64,000 nucleotides of DNA from Candidatus Woesearchaeota archaeon (GCA_016928155.1 JAFGLG010000007.1:58973-122972), one strand, 5' to 3'; shown: positions 45,469 through 55,343, numbered from the stretch's first letter. Notes: generated from the sequence alone by a model not told the origin. Numbers and translations: made by a program.

Positions 45469-45845
45469 TTTTTTTTTTCTTTATTTGTATTATCAAAACA
45501 GTTTAATAAGCATAACTAAACAAGTATCAAATCTTCTTCAATGATTTCAGAAATCTTTCAATTCGACATAAATAATTTCGAAATCTTGTATTATAATCAG
45601 AAATCATTCAAATTTAATAAAAGCAATATTGCTGAAACGAACAATCTGATATCAAAATTCTAATAAAGAAATAATGCAGCCTTTTCCCAGAAAGGCTGCT
45701 GCTCACACTTCAATGAGCTGAAGAGGAGAGCTGATGTTGCCCAAGGACGGCATTCAAGTGATGACACTCTGTTATGGTGTGTGATTATTCCTTTTTTATA
45801 TTTTTTTGCATTAAGCAGGATGACGGATAATTAATCGAATTAAGC

Positions 45846-46400
45846 TCAGATAACTTCCAGGATCGCTTTCTTCTTGTACGTCACCTTGTTTGCCTCAAGT
45901 ATCGATTCAAACTTCAATGAATCTTTTGTCGGAATCTTTATTGCTCCGTTGACAAGTCTTTCCCCCTCCAACTCTTTTAGCATGCCTTTAGATCCCCTGC
46001 CTGCAAGGATATAATTGAACTTCACTTTCTGCGCGTGAGTCAAGCCATCCAATGAATACCAGAACAAAACATAAGACCTGAATCCCAAAACCTCTGGCAG
46101 GGGCTTGTTCCTGAAGACACTTATGCCTTCTGTCAGAATACCTGTCCTCGCAAAGAATGCGGAAGAGAACAATTCCTCCAAAGTGGTCTGCTTGATGTCA
46201 ATATTATCATATGATGCCTTGAGATTATCCTTGATCCTCTGTATCTGATCAAGGCGTTCCCTAAGAGTTGCGGTCTTGAATATCACGACTATGTCAAGAT
46301 CCCTGCCTTCCTTACCCTTGAAAGCAGAGCCATAGAGGATGATATCAAAAATCTCCGGCCTCTTCTCATCCCTTAATGATCTTATCAATCGCTTCTGCAT
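45846..46400 (-). CDS. minimal nucleotidyltransferase (MNT) with a C-terminal extension
   Basis: The probable start MQKRLIRSL (46400) overlaps the HEPN gene. IILYGSAFKGKEGRDLDIVVIF is a GS...D.D motif, and about 100 extra C-terminal residues follow. Confidence 0.65.
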   Translation of the reverse strand: MQKRLIRSLRDEKRPEIFDIILYGSAFKGKEGRDLDIVVIFKTATLRERLDQIQRIKDNLKASYDNIDIKQTTLEELFSSAFFARTGILTEGISVFRNKPLPEVLGFRSYVLFWYSLDGLTHAQKVKFNYILAGRGSKGMLKELEGERLVNGAIKIPTKDSLKFESILEANKVTYKKKAILEVI

Positions 46401-46704
46401 CTTCCATAAGCAGCTTTGCTGCCTCCTCATCCATCTTCTTTGTGTAACTATCCTGGTAAAAAGGGAAATCCCTATCGAGAATCTTATAGATATCAGGATG
46501 CTTCTGCTCCAGGATCCTGAACCTTTGAGTGTGTGATGAAGGCACAAACCCTTCTTTCTTCAAGATGAAGATATCTGTGGCTGCTGCAATCGCCTTGAAG
46601 AACAATGTTGTAGCTGTGTTGAATCTCTTCTTTGCGAATGCTTCTGTTGCTGAGCTGAAATATTCTGCAAAGTTCCCTTTCAGGATGTCCTCTTTCTCAT
46701 CCAT
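46366..46704 (-). CDS. HEPN-domain protein
   Basis: 112 aa, all-helical. The fit FAKKRFNTATTLFFKAIAAATD...SHTQRFRIL to the HEPN pattern is approximate. It is paired with the MNT gene. Confidence 0.55.
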   Translation of the reverse strand: MDEKEDILKGNFAEYFSSATEAFAKKRFNTATTLFFKAIAAATDIFILKKEGFVPSSHTQRFRILEQKHPDIYKILDRDFPFYQDSYTKKMDEEAAKLLMEDAEAIDKIIKG

Positions 46705-46886
46705 GATGTAATATACAACGAAATGCTTATATTTAAAGGTTTTGGTTGTATAATATGTATTGTTGTATTATACATCATATAAAAATTTAAATTCTTTATT
46801 TGTTGTACTTTACACCATATTTTATATATGAAATAAATTCACTATCTATGAAAAACTTAGTGGTCAATCATTCATTTCAATATCCA

Positions 46887-46953
46887 GTGCTCATATTTAC
46901 CAAGACTCACATCCCAAAACCACCGAAAGGTTTATATATCATCATATGAGCAC
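46887..46953. promoter_or_regulatory. 10-bp inverted repeat bracketing the ArsR promoter
   Basis: GTGCTCATAT (46887-46896) and ATATGAGCAC (46944-46953) flank TATA GTTTATATAT. The right arm ends 8 nt before the arsR-like ATG. Confidence 0.4.
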
Positions 46954-46961
46954 CCATTGAT

Positions 46962-47270
46962 ATGACTTATAAGGACAACCTGAGGCTTCTGAAAGCGCTG
47001 AGCGAAGAGACCAGATACAAGATACTGGAAGTGCTTCTCCAGGGAGAGAGATGCGCCTGCCAGATACCTGCGCTGATAGGCAGGACACAGTCAAACACCT
47101 CAATGCATCTCGCCAAGCTGAAAGAATCAGGGATACTGAAATCAAGAAGGGAAGGAAAGATGATGCATTACTCAATAAAGGACATGAGAGTCTGCGACCT
47201 GTTCAAAGCCATGGGATATGAAGAAGGAAAATTTCTCAAGTCCTGCTGCTGCATGACCAAGAAGAGATGA
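46962..47270 (+). CDS. ArsR/SmtB-family metalloregulator
   Basis: LKALSEETRYKILEVLLQGERCACQIPALIGRTQSNTSMHLAKLKESGIL, with a CAC metal/metalloid site in helix 3. Confidence 0.85.
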   Translation: MTYKDNLRLLKALSEETRYKILEVLLQGERCACQIPALIGRTQSNTSMHLAKLKESGILKSRREGKMMHYSIKDMRVCDLFKAMGYEEGKFLKSCCCMTKKR

Positions 47271-47274
47271 AGAG

Positions 47275-47514
47275 GTGGATATGATGAAAGTCACACTATA
47301 CACTGCACCGGCCTGCCCATTCTGCATCATTGCAAAGAAGTATCTTGAAAGGAACAAAATAAAATTCACAGAGATAGGCATCTCAAAAGACAAGAAGGCC
47401 AAAGAGATGATGATAAGGAAAAGCGGGCAGGAAAATGTGCCTGTCATAGATGTTGATGGGAGCATCATCATAGGATATGACCTCAAGAAACTCAAAGGAG
47501 CGCTGAAGATATGA
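47275..47514 (+). CDS. glutaredoxin-like protein
   Basis: VTLYTAPACPFCIIAKKYL (CPFC), 79 aa. Confidence 0.8.
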   Translation: MDMMKVTLYTAPACPFCIIAKKYLERNKIKFTEIGISKDKKAKEMMIRKSGQENVPVIDVDGSIIIGYDLKKLKGALKI

Positions 47515-48719
47515 AACTGGCAAAACCAATAAAAGAATTTTTCTCGTCAAGATTCAACATATCCCTGGTGCTGTTCCTGGTAATCGTCGGGGCAGCTGCC
47601 TTCTATGTCACAGATGGCGAATCCATAAAACCGACAGAGCCGGGGGATACATCAGTATATTTCTTCTATCTCCCTACATGCCCCCACTGCAGCGACCAAA
47701 AACCAATATACTATGAGATAAAATCAGAAAGATCTGATGTGAAGTTCTTCGAATATGACGCTTCATCACAGGAAGGATCAGTGCTGTTCTACAAGATGTC
47801 TGCAGAAGCAGGCCTCGACACATCAAGATTGGGTGTTCCAACCATATTTGTAGGAAAGAATGCTCTTGTGGGATTCCAGACAAAAGAGAACATAATCTCT
47901 GCAATAGATGAATGCATCAACAGCTGCAAAGGCGATGAGTACAAGACAGACACAAAACAGGAGATGGACACAGGATTCTCAGATTTTGAGATACCCTTCA
48001 TCGGAAGAGTAGACCTCACAAAGTGGTCACTTCCGACACTGGCTGTGATACTCGGACTGGTAGACGGATTCAACCCATGCGCTTTATGGGTGCTCATATT
48101 CCTGATAACACTCCTTCTCGGAGAAAAAAGCAAGAAAAAGATATGGCTTGTGGTAGGAAGCTTTGTCCTGGCCTCAGCAGTATCATATTTCCTTTTCATG
48201 ACAGCATGGCTAAACCTTTTCCTCCTGATGGGATATATCCGGATAATAACAATCCTGGTGGGAGTATTTGCTCTGGGGGCAGGGATATCACATCTGAAAG
48301 AGTGGTACACATCCAAAGGCGAGCTCACATGCAAAGTCGGAGATGAGGAAAGCCATAAGAAGACAATGAACAGGATACAGAACATAATAGCACAGCCAGT
48401 CACAATCGGAGTCATCATCTCAGTCATCGGGCTGGCCTTTGTGGTGAATGCGATAGAATTCGTGTGCTCAGCAGCGATACCAGCAATATTCACCCAGCTG
48501 CTTGCATTGAGCGGGATATCCTCATTCCAGCAGTACATGTACATCCTGCTATACCTGTTCTTCTACATGCTGGATCACATAATAATATTCAGCATGGCAG
48601 CATTAGCACTCGGAAGCGGGTTCGCCAACAAATACGCGAAATACTGCAAACTGGTAGGCGGCGCAGTACTGTTTGTGCTAGGACTGATAATGCTCTTCGC
48701 ACCGCACCTATTGAGGTAA
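47511..48719 (+). CDS. thioredoxin-fold domain fused to a multi-pass membrane domain
   Basis: FFYLPTCPHCSDQKPIY (CPHC) is followed by 6 or more TM segments beginning GLVDGFNPCALWVLIFL. Confidence 0.65.
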   Translation: MKLAKPIKEFFSSRFNISLVLFLVIVGAAAFYVTDGESIKPTEPGDTSVYFFYLPTCPHCSDQKPIYYEIKSERSDVKFFEYDASSQEGSVLFYKMSAEAGLDTSRLGVPTIFVGKNALVGFQTKENIISAIDECINSCKGDEYKTDTKQEMDTGFSDFEIPFIGRVDLTKWSLPTLAVILGLVDGFNPCALWVLIFLITLLLGEKSKKKIWLVVGSFVLASAVSYFLFMTAWLNLFLLMGYIRIITILVGVFALGAGISHLKEWYTSKGELTCKVGDEESHKKTMNRIQNIIAQPVTIGVIISVIGLAFVVNAIEFVCSAAIPAIFTQLLALSGISSFQQYMYILLYLFFYMLDHIIIFSMAALALGSGFANKYAKYCKLVGGAVLFVLGLIMLFAPHLLR

Positions 48720-48721
48720 AC

Positions 48722-49714
48722 ATGGCATCAAAGACAAAGATCACTAATAATATCGTGTTCGAGCCAAGGAACAGCTACAAGCACAATCCAGATGCAAACA
48801 GGGAATATGACCTCATTGTCATCGGCATGGGAGTTGCAGGCTATGCAAGCGCGATGTATGCTGCAAGGCTCGGGCTGAAGGTGCTCATCATCGGCGAGCA
48901 GCCCGGAGGGACACTTGCGCTCACAGGAAAAGTGGAGAATTATCCTGGCTTTGTCTCAGTAGAAGGCCAAAAACTCACAGAACTTCTTGAGAACCATGCA
49001 ATGGATTATGATATCGATTCAGAAATCGAGATAGTCAGCCAGGTGACTAAAGAGAAGGATGGATTCAAGGCGGTTGCCGGAGACAAGTCCTACAGATCGA
49101 AAGCCATAATCCTGGCAACAGGGGCCCAGGTAAGGAAATTAGGCGTGAAGGGAGAGGATGAATTTTTCGGCAATGGTGTCAGCTACTGCGCATTATGCGA
49201 AGCTGCATTCATCAAAGGAAAGACAGTCGCTGTCGCAGGCGGCGGAGACAGCGCAGTCAAGGAAGCCATACTCCTTGCAGAATACGCTAATAAAGTATAC
49301 ATAATCAATAATGAGAAGGAACTGCATCCAGAAGAGCACAACAGGAAGCTATTGAACCAAAAGATCAAGAAAGGGAAGATCGAAGAAATAAACAGCAATG
49401 AGATAACAGGGATAGCAGGGAAAGGAAAAGTTGAAAAGATCATGCTGAAAAGGCCATACAAAAAAAAGAAAGAGCTTCCTGCCGGGAGCGTCTTTGTCTA
49501 TATAGGCAACATACCAAGAAGCGAGCTGGCAAAGAAGATAGGTGTTAAGCTCAACAAGAGGAAAGAAGTGATAATCAATGCTCATTCTGAGACAAATGTC
49601 CCGGGGTTCTTTGCAGCAGGAGATGTCACTAATATAGACTGGAAACAGGCAATCATCGGTGTGTCGCAGGGAGTGACAGCTGCCTATTATGCATACCAAC
49701 ATGTCATGCTATGA
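48722..49714 (+). CDS. trxB: thioredoxin-disulfide reductase
   Basis: Start at MASKTK. DLIVIGMGVAGYASAMYAAR (FAD), redox CALC, and VAVAGGGDSAVKEA (NADPH). Confidence 0.9.
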   Translation: MASKTKITNNIVFEPRNSYKHNPDANREYDLIVIGMGVAGYASAMYAARLGLKVLIIGEQPGGTLALTGKVENYPGFVSVEGQKLTELLENHAMDYDIDSEIEIVSQVTKEKDGFKAVAGDKSYRSKAIILATGAQVRKLGVKGEDEFFGNGVSYCALCEAAFIKGKTVAVAGGGDSAVKEAILLAEYANKVYIINNEKELHPEEHNRKLLNQKIKKGKIEEINSNEITGIAGKGKVEKIMLKRPYKKKKELPAGSVFVYIGNIPRSELAKKIGVKLNKRKEVIINAHSETNVPGFFAAGDVTNIDWKQAIIGVSQGVTAAYYAYQHVML

Positions 49715-49760
49715 AATGGTCAACTGCGAGTCATGGGTCAAAATTCTGAGGCAGAAGCTG

Positions 49761-49991
49761 ATGAAAATAGAAATATTGGGTGCAGGATGCCCGAAATGCA
49801 AGATGCTCGAAGAGAATGCCAGGAAGGCATTGGAAGAGCTGAAAATAAAAGCAGAGATAAAGAAAGTGACTGACATCGGCGAGATTGTGGATCATGGCGT
49901 GATGTCCACTCCTGCAATAGTGATTGACGGAGAAGTCAAAAGCTATGGGAAAGTGGCAACCACAGAGGAGATCAAAAAATGGCTAAAGTGA
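49761..49991 (+). CDS. small thioredoxin-fold protein (redox-active disulfide protein 2 type)
   Basis: MKIEILGAGCPKCKMLEENA...VMSTPAIVIDGEV. Confidence 0.75.
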   Translation: MKIEILGAGCPKCKMLEENARKALEELKIKAEIKKVTDIGEIVDHGVMSTPAIVIDGEVKSYGKVATTEEIKKWLK

Positions 49992-50446
49992 CATATTGCA
50001 TAACAATCATCCTATTGGCATTGTCCGCTATTCTATTGTCCGGGTGCGATAGCGATGGCGCTCAAGGTCCAGAAGTGCTGTTTAGCGAGCTGCCCGAGCA
50101 GGAGATTAATGTCGACAAGCTGGAGATATTCCATTTTCATGGGACAAACCAGTGCTATTCCTGCATAACTGTGGGGAATTATGCTGAAGAGACAGTAAAT
50201 ACTTATTTTGCTGATGAACTCAAGTCAGGCAGGATTGTCTTCGGCCATGTCAATGCAGAGCTTCCTGAAAACAGTGAGCTGGTGAAGAAATATGGTGCTA
50301 CAGGATCATCCTTATGGCTTGGCGTATACAGCGGGGACGGATTCAAAGCAGAGCAGAATACCCAGGTATGGTACAAGATAAGGGACAAGCAGGATTACAT
50401 GGATTATCTAAAAGTGGTCATTGAGCAGAAGCTGGCAGGTAAATAA
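49979..50446 (+). CDS. lipoprotein with CxxC motif
   Basis: LLALSAILLSGC lipobox and HGTNQCYSCITVGNY. Confidence 0.5.
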   Translation: MAKVTYCITIILLALSAILLSGCDSDGAQGPEVLFSELPEQEINVDKLEIFHFHGTNQCYSCITVGNYAEETVNTYFADELKSGRIVFGHVNAELPENSELVKKYGATGSSLWLGVYSGDGFKAEQNTQVWYKIRDKQDYMDYLKVVIEQKLAGK

Positions 50447-50448
50447 AA

Positions 50449-51159
50449 ATGGGCTTGTTGGCATTCATGGAAGCAATGGGCACAAGCGATATTGCGATCC
50501 TTGCTGCTTTCTTTATCGGGCTCATGACAGCAATCAGCCCATGCCCTCTCGCAACAAACATCACAGCAATAGCTTATGCAAGCAAAAGAATAGACAACAG
50601 CAAACACACTATTATGGTGGGTCTCCTTTATACTCTAGGAAGGATGCTAACCTATGTCCTGATCGCCTCTGCCATCGTATGGTTCGGGCTAAACACGCAG
50701 AGCATTGTACTCACACTCCAGAAATACGGAGACAAAATACTGGGGCCTCTATTATTGATTGTCGGGATTGTGATGCTTGATGTCATCAAAATAAATTTCT
50801 TAAAAACAAGTGATAAACTGAATAAGATAAAAGAGAAGCTTGCACAAAAAGGATTTCTCGGCAGTTTCCTTTTAGGAGTGATATTTGCATTAGCATTCTG
50901 CCCTTTCAGCGCAGTCTTGTTTTTTGGGATGCTTATACCAATTGCACTCAAAGCAGGAGACGGACTGATAATCCCCTCAGTATTTGCCTTTGCAACAGGA
51001 CTGCCGGTCATCATATTCTCATTCATACTTGTCTACAGTGTCTCAAGACTGGGGGCCATAATGGATAAGATCAGTGTTTTTGAGAGATGGATGAGGAAGA
51101 TAGTTGCTGCAGTATTCATAATTGCCGGGTTCTATTACATAGGGATGATGGTGCTCTGA
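50449..51159 (+). CDS. CcdA/DsbD-like transmembrane thiol-disulfide transfer protein
   Basis: 6 TM segments, with SPCPLATNITAIAY in TM1. Confidence 0.65.
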   Translation: MGLLAFMEAMGTSDIAILAAFFIGLMTAISPCPLATNITAIAYASKRIDNSKHTIMVGLLYTLGRMLTYVLIASAIVWFGLNTQSIVLTLQKYGDKILGPLLLIVGIVMLDVIKINFLKTSDKLNKIKEKLAQKGFLGSFLLGVIFALAFCPFSAVLFFGMLIPIALKAGDGLIIPSVFAFATGLPVIIFSFILVYSVSRLGAIMDKISVFERWMRKIVAAVFIIAGFYYIGMMVL

Positions 51160-51160
51160 G

Positions 51161-52276
51161 ATGGAAAAGGAAGAATGGAAAATCTTAGCCTGGATAATAG
51201 GCATATTCGCGGTATTCTATTTTGTGCCTTACGGCGCAGAATGGTTCAATAACTCAGTGATTTCAGGAGTGAATCTCCTGAATGATTATGCAAAACAGCA
51301 TGTGCTGACATGCCTTGTACCTGCACTCTTCATTGCAGGCGCCATTGCTGTGTTCATACAGAAAGAGAAGGTCATGAAATATCTGGGTCATGAAGCAAAG
51401 AAATATGTCTCATATGGTGTCGCTTCTGTCTCAGGGGCCATACTTGCAGTGTGCTCATGCACGATCCTGCCGCTGTTTGCAGGCATAAGGAAAAGAGGAG
51501 CAGGTCTTGGACCTGCGATAACTTTCCTGTTCGCCGGGCCGGCGATAAACATCGCAGCAATATTCCTGACAATGAGTGTTCTCGGTCTGGAGATAGGGCT
51601 TGCAAGGGTGACTTCAGCAGTCTTGCTTTCGATAATAGTGGGCTTGACAATGCAGGTCATCTTCAGGGAGCAAGTCGATAAAGAAAAACTGATGATCCAG
51701 GATACAGAAGAATCACAATTATCAAACAAGGTCATGTTCGCTTTCTTTGGGCTGATGATCGGCGTGCTTGTTGTTAATGGATTGCAGATTGATAAATTCA
51801 TCAAGTATTCATTGATGGGTGTCTTCACATCAGGCGTTGTAGGTTTGGTTTTATGGAAATTCCGTGATCATATATCCCAGAAATGGCTCAATGAGACATG
51901 GAACTTCTCAAAACTGATCCTTCCATTACTCTTTGCAGGAGTGTTCATAGCAGGATTCATCATGCCGCTGCTGCCAGAAGGCATCATCACCAACCTTGTA
52001 GGAAGCAATACAGTGACAGGGAACCTGATAGCATCAATCTTTGGGGCATTAATGTACTTCTCAACACTGACAGAAATCCCTATCTTGCAGGCACTGATGG
52101 CCAAAGGGATGCATTCAGGACCAGCTCTGGCATTATTGCTGGCAGGGCCTAGCCTAAGCCTGCCAAACATGCTGGTGGTCAGAGGAGTGCTTGGAACAAA
52201 GAAAACTGCAGTCTATGTGGGGCTTGTGATAATCTACTCGGCAATCGCCGGCATGATATTCGGTTCGATTGCCTAA
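51161..52276 (+). CDS. DUF318/ArsP-type permease
   Basis: About 10 TM segments. AVCSCTILPLFAGIRKRGAGLGPAITFLFAGPAINI contains the vicinal CxC motif. Confidence 0.7.
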   Translation: MEKEEWKILAWIIGIFAVFYFVPYGAEWFNNSVISGVNLLNDYAKQHVLTCLVPALFIAGAIAVFIQKEKVMKYLGHEAKKYVSYGVASVSGAILAVCSCTILPLFAGIRKRGAGLGPAITFLFAGPAINIAAIFLTMSVLGLEIGLARVTSAVLLSIIVGLTMQVIFREQVDKEKLMIQDTEESQLSNKVMFAFFGLMIGVLVVNGLQIDKFIKYSLMGVFTSGVVGLVLWKFRDHISQKWLNETWNFSKLILPLLFAGVFIAGFIMPLLPEGIITNLVGSNTVTGNLIASIFGALMYFSTLTEIPILQALMAKGMHSGPALALLLAGPSLSLPNMLVVRGVLGTKKTAVYVGLVIIYSAIAGMIFGSIA

Positions 52277-52401
52277 AGCACTGAAACACTCGCATTGATA
52301 CTTCATTCACTTGTCATCTGCCCAAACCAATACCGTCTCACTTTTAAATAGTAACAAACATTTATAAATCAAATGGGGCTTTTTCTTTTAAAGGGGGTAG
52401 G

Positions 52402-53490
52402 ATGAGCGACAAAGAAGAAATTCTAAGACTGAAGGATTCCGGCTACCTGCAGGACTTCGTTGACCATCACAAAGCAAGATGGAACCATGATGATATCTCG
52501 GGCCTGAAGAAAGATCTCAGGAAATCAGGTTATTCGCTGGAAGAAGATGCGATCATAGACCTCCTTGAACATGAGAGGATAAACTATATCTTTGACAATA
52601 AGTTCCTGAAGCAGAAACACAGGGAAAGGGCAACAGAAGCAAAGCAGATGCACAAGGAAGCAGGCGACAAGCTGAAATATCTCTCCAGGAAGATCAAGGA
52701 GGTTGAAGCCCTCAGCAACGACATCGCTGAAAGGGAGCAGAAAGTCAAGGAGACAGAAGAAAGGCAGAGGAAACAGGCAGCAGAGCTCGAGGCAAAGAGA
52801 AGATACACAGACAGCCTGAGAGCAGAGATAGACCATGTCCTCAAGAATCTCGAGAGCCAGGAGAACAAGATTGCAGAGAGGGAGATGGCAATAAATGACA
52901 AGCTTGCAGAGCTGAAGCTCAGAGAGCAGGCCCACTCTGAAGCAAAGAGCGACCACAAGAAAATATCAAAGGACATCAAGTTCTACAACAATGAGATAAG
53001 CTCCCTCCAGAAAGAAATCGAGAAGCTGACAAAGAAAAGGCAAGAGCTCAGATCTGAGACAGATGCTTTCGGGAAGAAGAAAAAGCTCTATGCAGAAATC
53101 GAGAAGAAAGGAACAAAGCTGGATGAGAAAGAGAGCCATCTCAATGAATACCAGGAGTACATAACACAGAAAGAGAAAGAGATCGCAAACCTGCTCCACG
53201 CTGCAGAGAAGGATACAGAGCTTGTCGAGAAGAAAGAGAAGGAGCTCACAAGCCAATTGGAGATGCTTGAGAGAGACTCGCACGCGATATCAGAGAAGAA
53301 GAAAGAGATACTATCAAAAGTGATGGACCTCAAGGCACGCGAAGACAAGATAGCCCACATCGAACAGAAGATAATCGAGAAGCTCAAGACAATAGAGAAG
53401 GAATTCGAAAGGCTCCAGAGGCTTGAGCACGACCTGGCTGAAAGGGAAAGGAAAGTGCTCACGGGCGAGATACATACGCTCATAGAATAA
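52402..53490 (+). CDS. long coiled-coil protein
   Basis: 362 aa dominated by Glu/Lys heptad-like repeats after a short globular N-terminus. Confidence 0.6.
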   Translation: MSDKEEILRLKDSGYLQDFVDHHKARWNHDDISGLKKDLRKSGYSLEEDAIIDLLEHERINYIFDNKFLKQKHRERATEAKQMHKEAGDKLKYLSRKIKEVEALSNDIAEREQKVKETEERQRKQAAELEAKRRYTDSLRAEIDHVLKNLESQENKIAEREMAINDKLAELKLREQAHSEAKSDHKKISKDIKFYNNEISSLQKEIEKLTKKRQELRSETDAFGKKKKLYAEIEKKGTKLDEKESHLNEYQEYITQKEKEIANLLHAAEKDTELVEKKEKELTSQLEMLERDSHAISEKKKEILSKVMDLKAREDKIAHIEQKIIEKLKTIEKEFERLQRLEHDLAERERKVLTGEIHTLIE

Positions 53491-53517
53491 AAACCTTTAA
53501 AATCAGAACCTGATTCT

Positions 53518-54396
53518 TTGCATCCCATGACAAAAAAGTGCTCTATCGACTATGGCGGACAGGCACTCATAGAAGGGGTCATGATGAAGAGCAAGACCCA
53601 CTATGCAATGGCTGTCAGGAAGCCAGACAACAAGATATCAGTCAAGGTTGAGAAGCTCAAGCTCCTGAAGAAAGGCATCGTGACATGGCCTTTTATCCGA
53701 GGTGTAGTCACATTATTCGAGATGCTGGTCATCGGGATAAAAGCATTGTCCTATTCTGCAAATGAATCAATCGGCGAAGAGGAAGAGAAGCTCAGCAGCT
53801 GGCAGGTATTCGGAACAATACTCTTCTCACTTCTCCTTGCAATACTATTATTCATACTGCTGCCATTCTGGCTGACAAAAATATTCATCGCAGACAGGGG
53901 ATTCATGTTCGACCTCGTCGACGGCCTGCTCAGGGTGATATTCTTCCTTGTCTACATCGCCGGCATATCCATGATGAAGGACATAAGAAGGATATTCGAG
54001 TATCATGGAGCAGAGCACATGACAGTCCACTGCTATGAATCCGGCAAGAAGCTGACAGTGCAGAATGTCAAGAAGTTCGGGACAGCGCACCCCAGATGCG
54101 GAACAACATTCATACTGCTCTTCCTCATGATAAGCATACTTGTCTTCACTGTGGTGAGGACAGACCAGGTATGGATGAGATTCGCTGCAAGGATCGTGCT
54201 CCTGCCGGTGATTGCCGGCATATCCTATGAGATATTAAGGATTCTGGGCAAGTTCAAGCACAGCATCATATCCAGGATATTATCATGGCCAGGGATGATG
54301 CTGCAGAAGATGACGACGCGCCAGCCGGATGCGAAGCAGATAGAAGTCGCGATAAGATCACTGCAGGCGCTCATAAAAGGGAGCGGAAGCAAATAA
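53518..54396 (+). CDS. DUF1385-family membrane protein
   Basis: YGGQALIEGVMMKS and YHGAEHMTVH motifs with TM segments. Confidence 0.75.
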   Translation: MHPMTKKCSIDYGGQALIEGVMMKSKTHYAMAVRKPDNKISVKVEKLKLLKKGIVTWPFIRGVVTLFEMLVIGIKALSYSANESIGEEEEKLSSWQVFGTILFSLLLAILLFILLPFWLTKIFIADRGFMFDLVDGLLRVIFFLVYIAGISMMKDIRRIFEYHGAEHMTVHCYESGKKLTVQNVKKFGTAHPRCGTTFILLFLMISILVFTVVRTDQVWMRFAARIVLLPVIAGISYEILRILGKFKHSIISRILSWPGMMLQKMTTRQPDAKQIEVAIRSLQALIKGSGSK

Positions 54397-55095
54397 TCAC
54401 CAGCCTTCATAATGGATATCTTCTGAAGCAAAACCCAATGCTTTAAGCCTGGCCACAACATCCACAGTGAACCTGGAAGGCCCGCAAAGATAGACCTGCT
54501 TGCCTGATGGACTGCCTGCCAGCTCCAGATGGGTCTGGATATACCCGCGCCTGCCTTGCCAAGAAGGGTCATCCCTGCTGATTGATGGAATGAGATGGAA
54601 ATTAGGATGCTTCTTCTCCAGTGCCTCAAGCTCATCCTTGTACAGGAAAAATTCACCTGTCTTAAAGCCGAAGAAAAGCCAGACATCCTTGCTTGTCCTG
54701 CTGAAATCAATGCATCTTATCATGCTTATCAGAGGGGCGATACCTGTGCCGCCGGCAACAAATACTGTATCTTTGCCTGGAACAGGATTGTCCATAAAGA
54801 ACTTGCCATAAGGGCCCTGCACAATCACTTCATCTCCCTTCACCTTCTTCGCCAGGTATCTTGACAATGCACCATCTGCGTGCATCACATAGCAGAATTC
54901 CAGATATGCCTTCTCATTCTTTGCAGATGCTATAGAATAAGGCCTCTTGACTTCCTGGCCTCCAATCTCAAGACCCAGCATGCAGAACTGGCCGGGATAG
55001 AAATCAAAAGGCCCATCAAGCCCTATCCTGACAACAAAGACATGCGGAGCAGTCTCTTTATGATAAATGATCTTCCCTGAGGATGCGATCGCCAT
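54397..55095 (-). CDS. ferredoxin-NAD(P)+ reductase-like FAD/NAD-binding oxidoreductase
   Basis: FYPGQFCMLG, RPYSIAS and VFVAGGTGIAPL. Confidence 0.8.
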   Translation of the reverse strand: MAIASSGKIIYHKETAPHVFVVRIGLDGPFDFYPGQFCMLGLEIGGQEVKRPYSIASAKNEKAYLEFCYVMHADGALSRYLAKKVKGDEVIVQGPYGKFFMDNPVPGKDTVFVAGGTGIAPLISMIRCIDFSRTSKDVWLFFGFKTGEFFLYKDELEALEKKHPNFHLIPSISRDDPSWQGRRGYIQTHLELAGSPSGKQVYLCGPSRFTVDVVARLKALGFASEDIHYEGW

Positions 55096-55097
55096 CG

Positions 55098-55343
55098 CTA
55101 GACCTTCCTTACCTCAATTATCCTGACCGGGCAGACCTCAGCAGCCTGCCTGACATCATCGACCTCTTTCTCGTCGATGATACTCTCTTCTGTCTCCCCC
55201 ACTTTCTTTGCGCCGATAAGCTCGGCTTTGTTCTCAGAATTCATCTTCCAGTGGGCAGGATCTGCAGCGACACATGCCCCGCAGCCGATGCATTCATCTT
55301 TCCTATGGACAATCTTATATTTCATTTTAATCTCATCCCGCAT
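55098..55343 (-). CDS. small ferredoxin
   Basis: CIGCGAC...VCPV, a Cys pattern in 81 aa. It lies directly upstream of the reductase. Confidence 0.7.
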   Translation of the reverse strand: MRDEIKMKYKIVHRKDECIGCGACVAADPAHWKMNSENKAELIGAKKVGETEESIIDEKEVDDVRQAAEVCPVRIIEVRKV

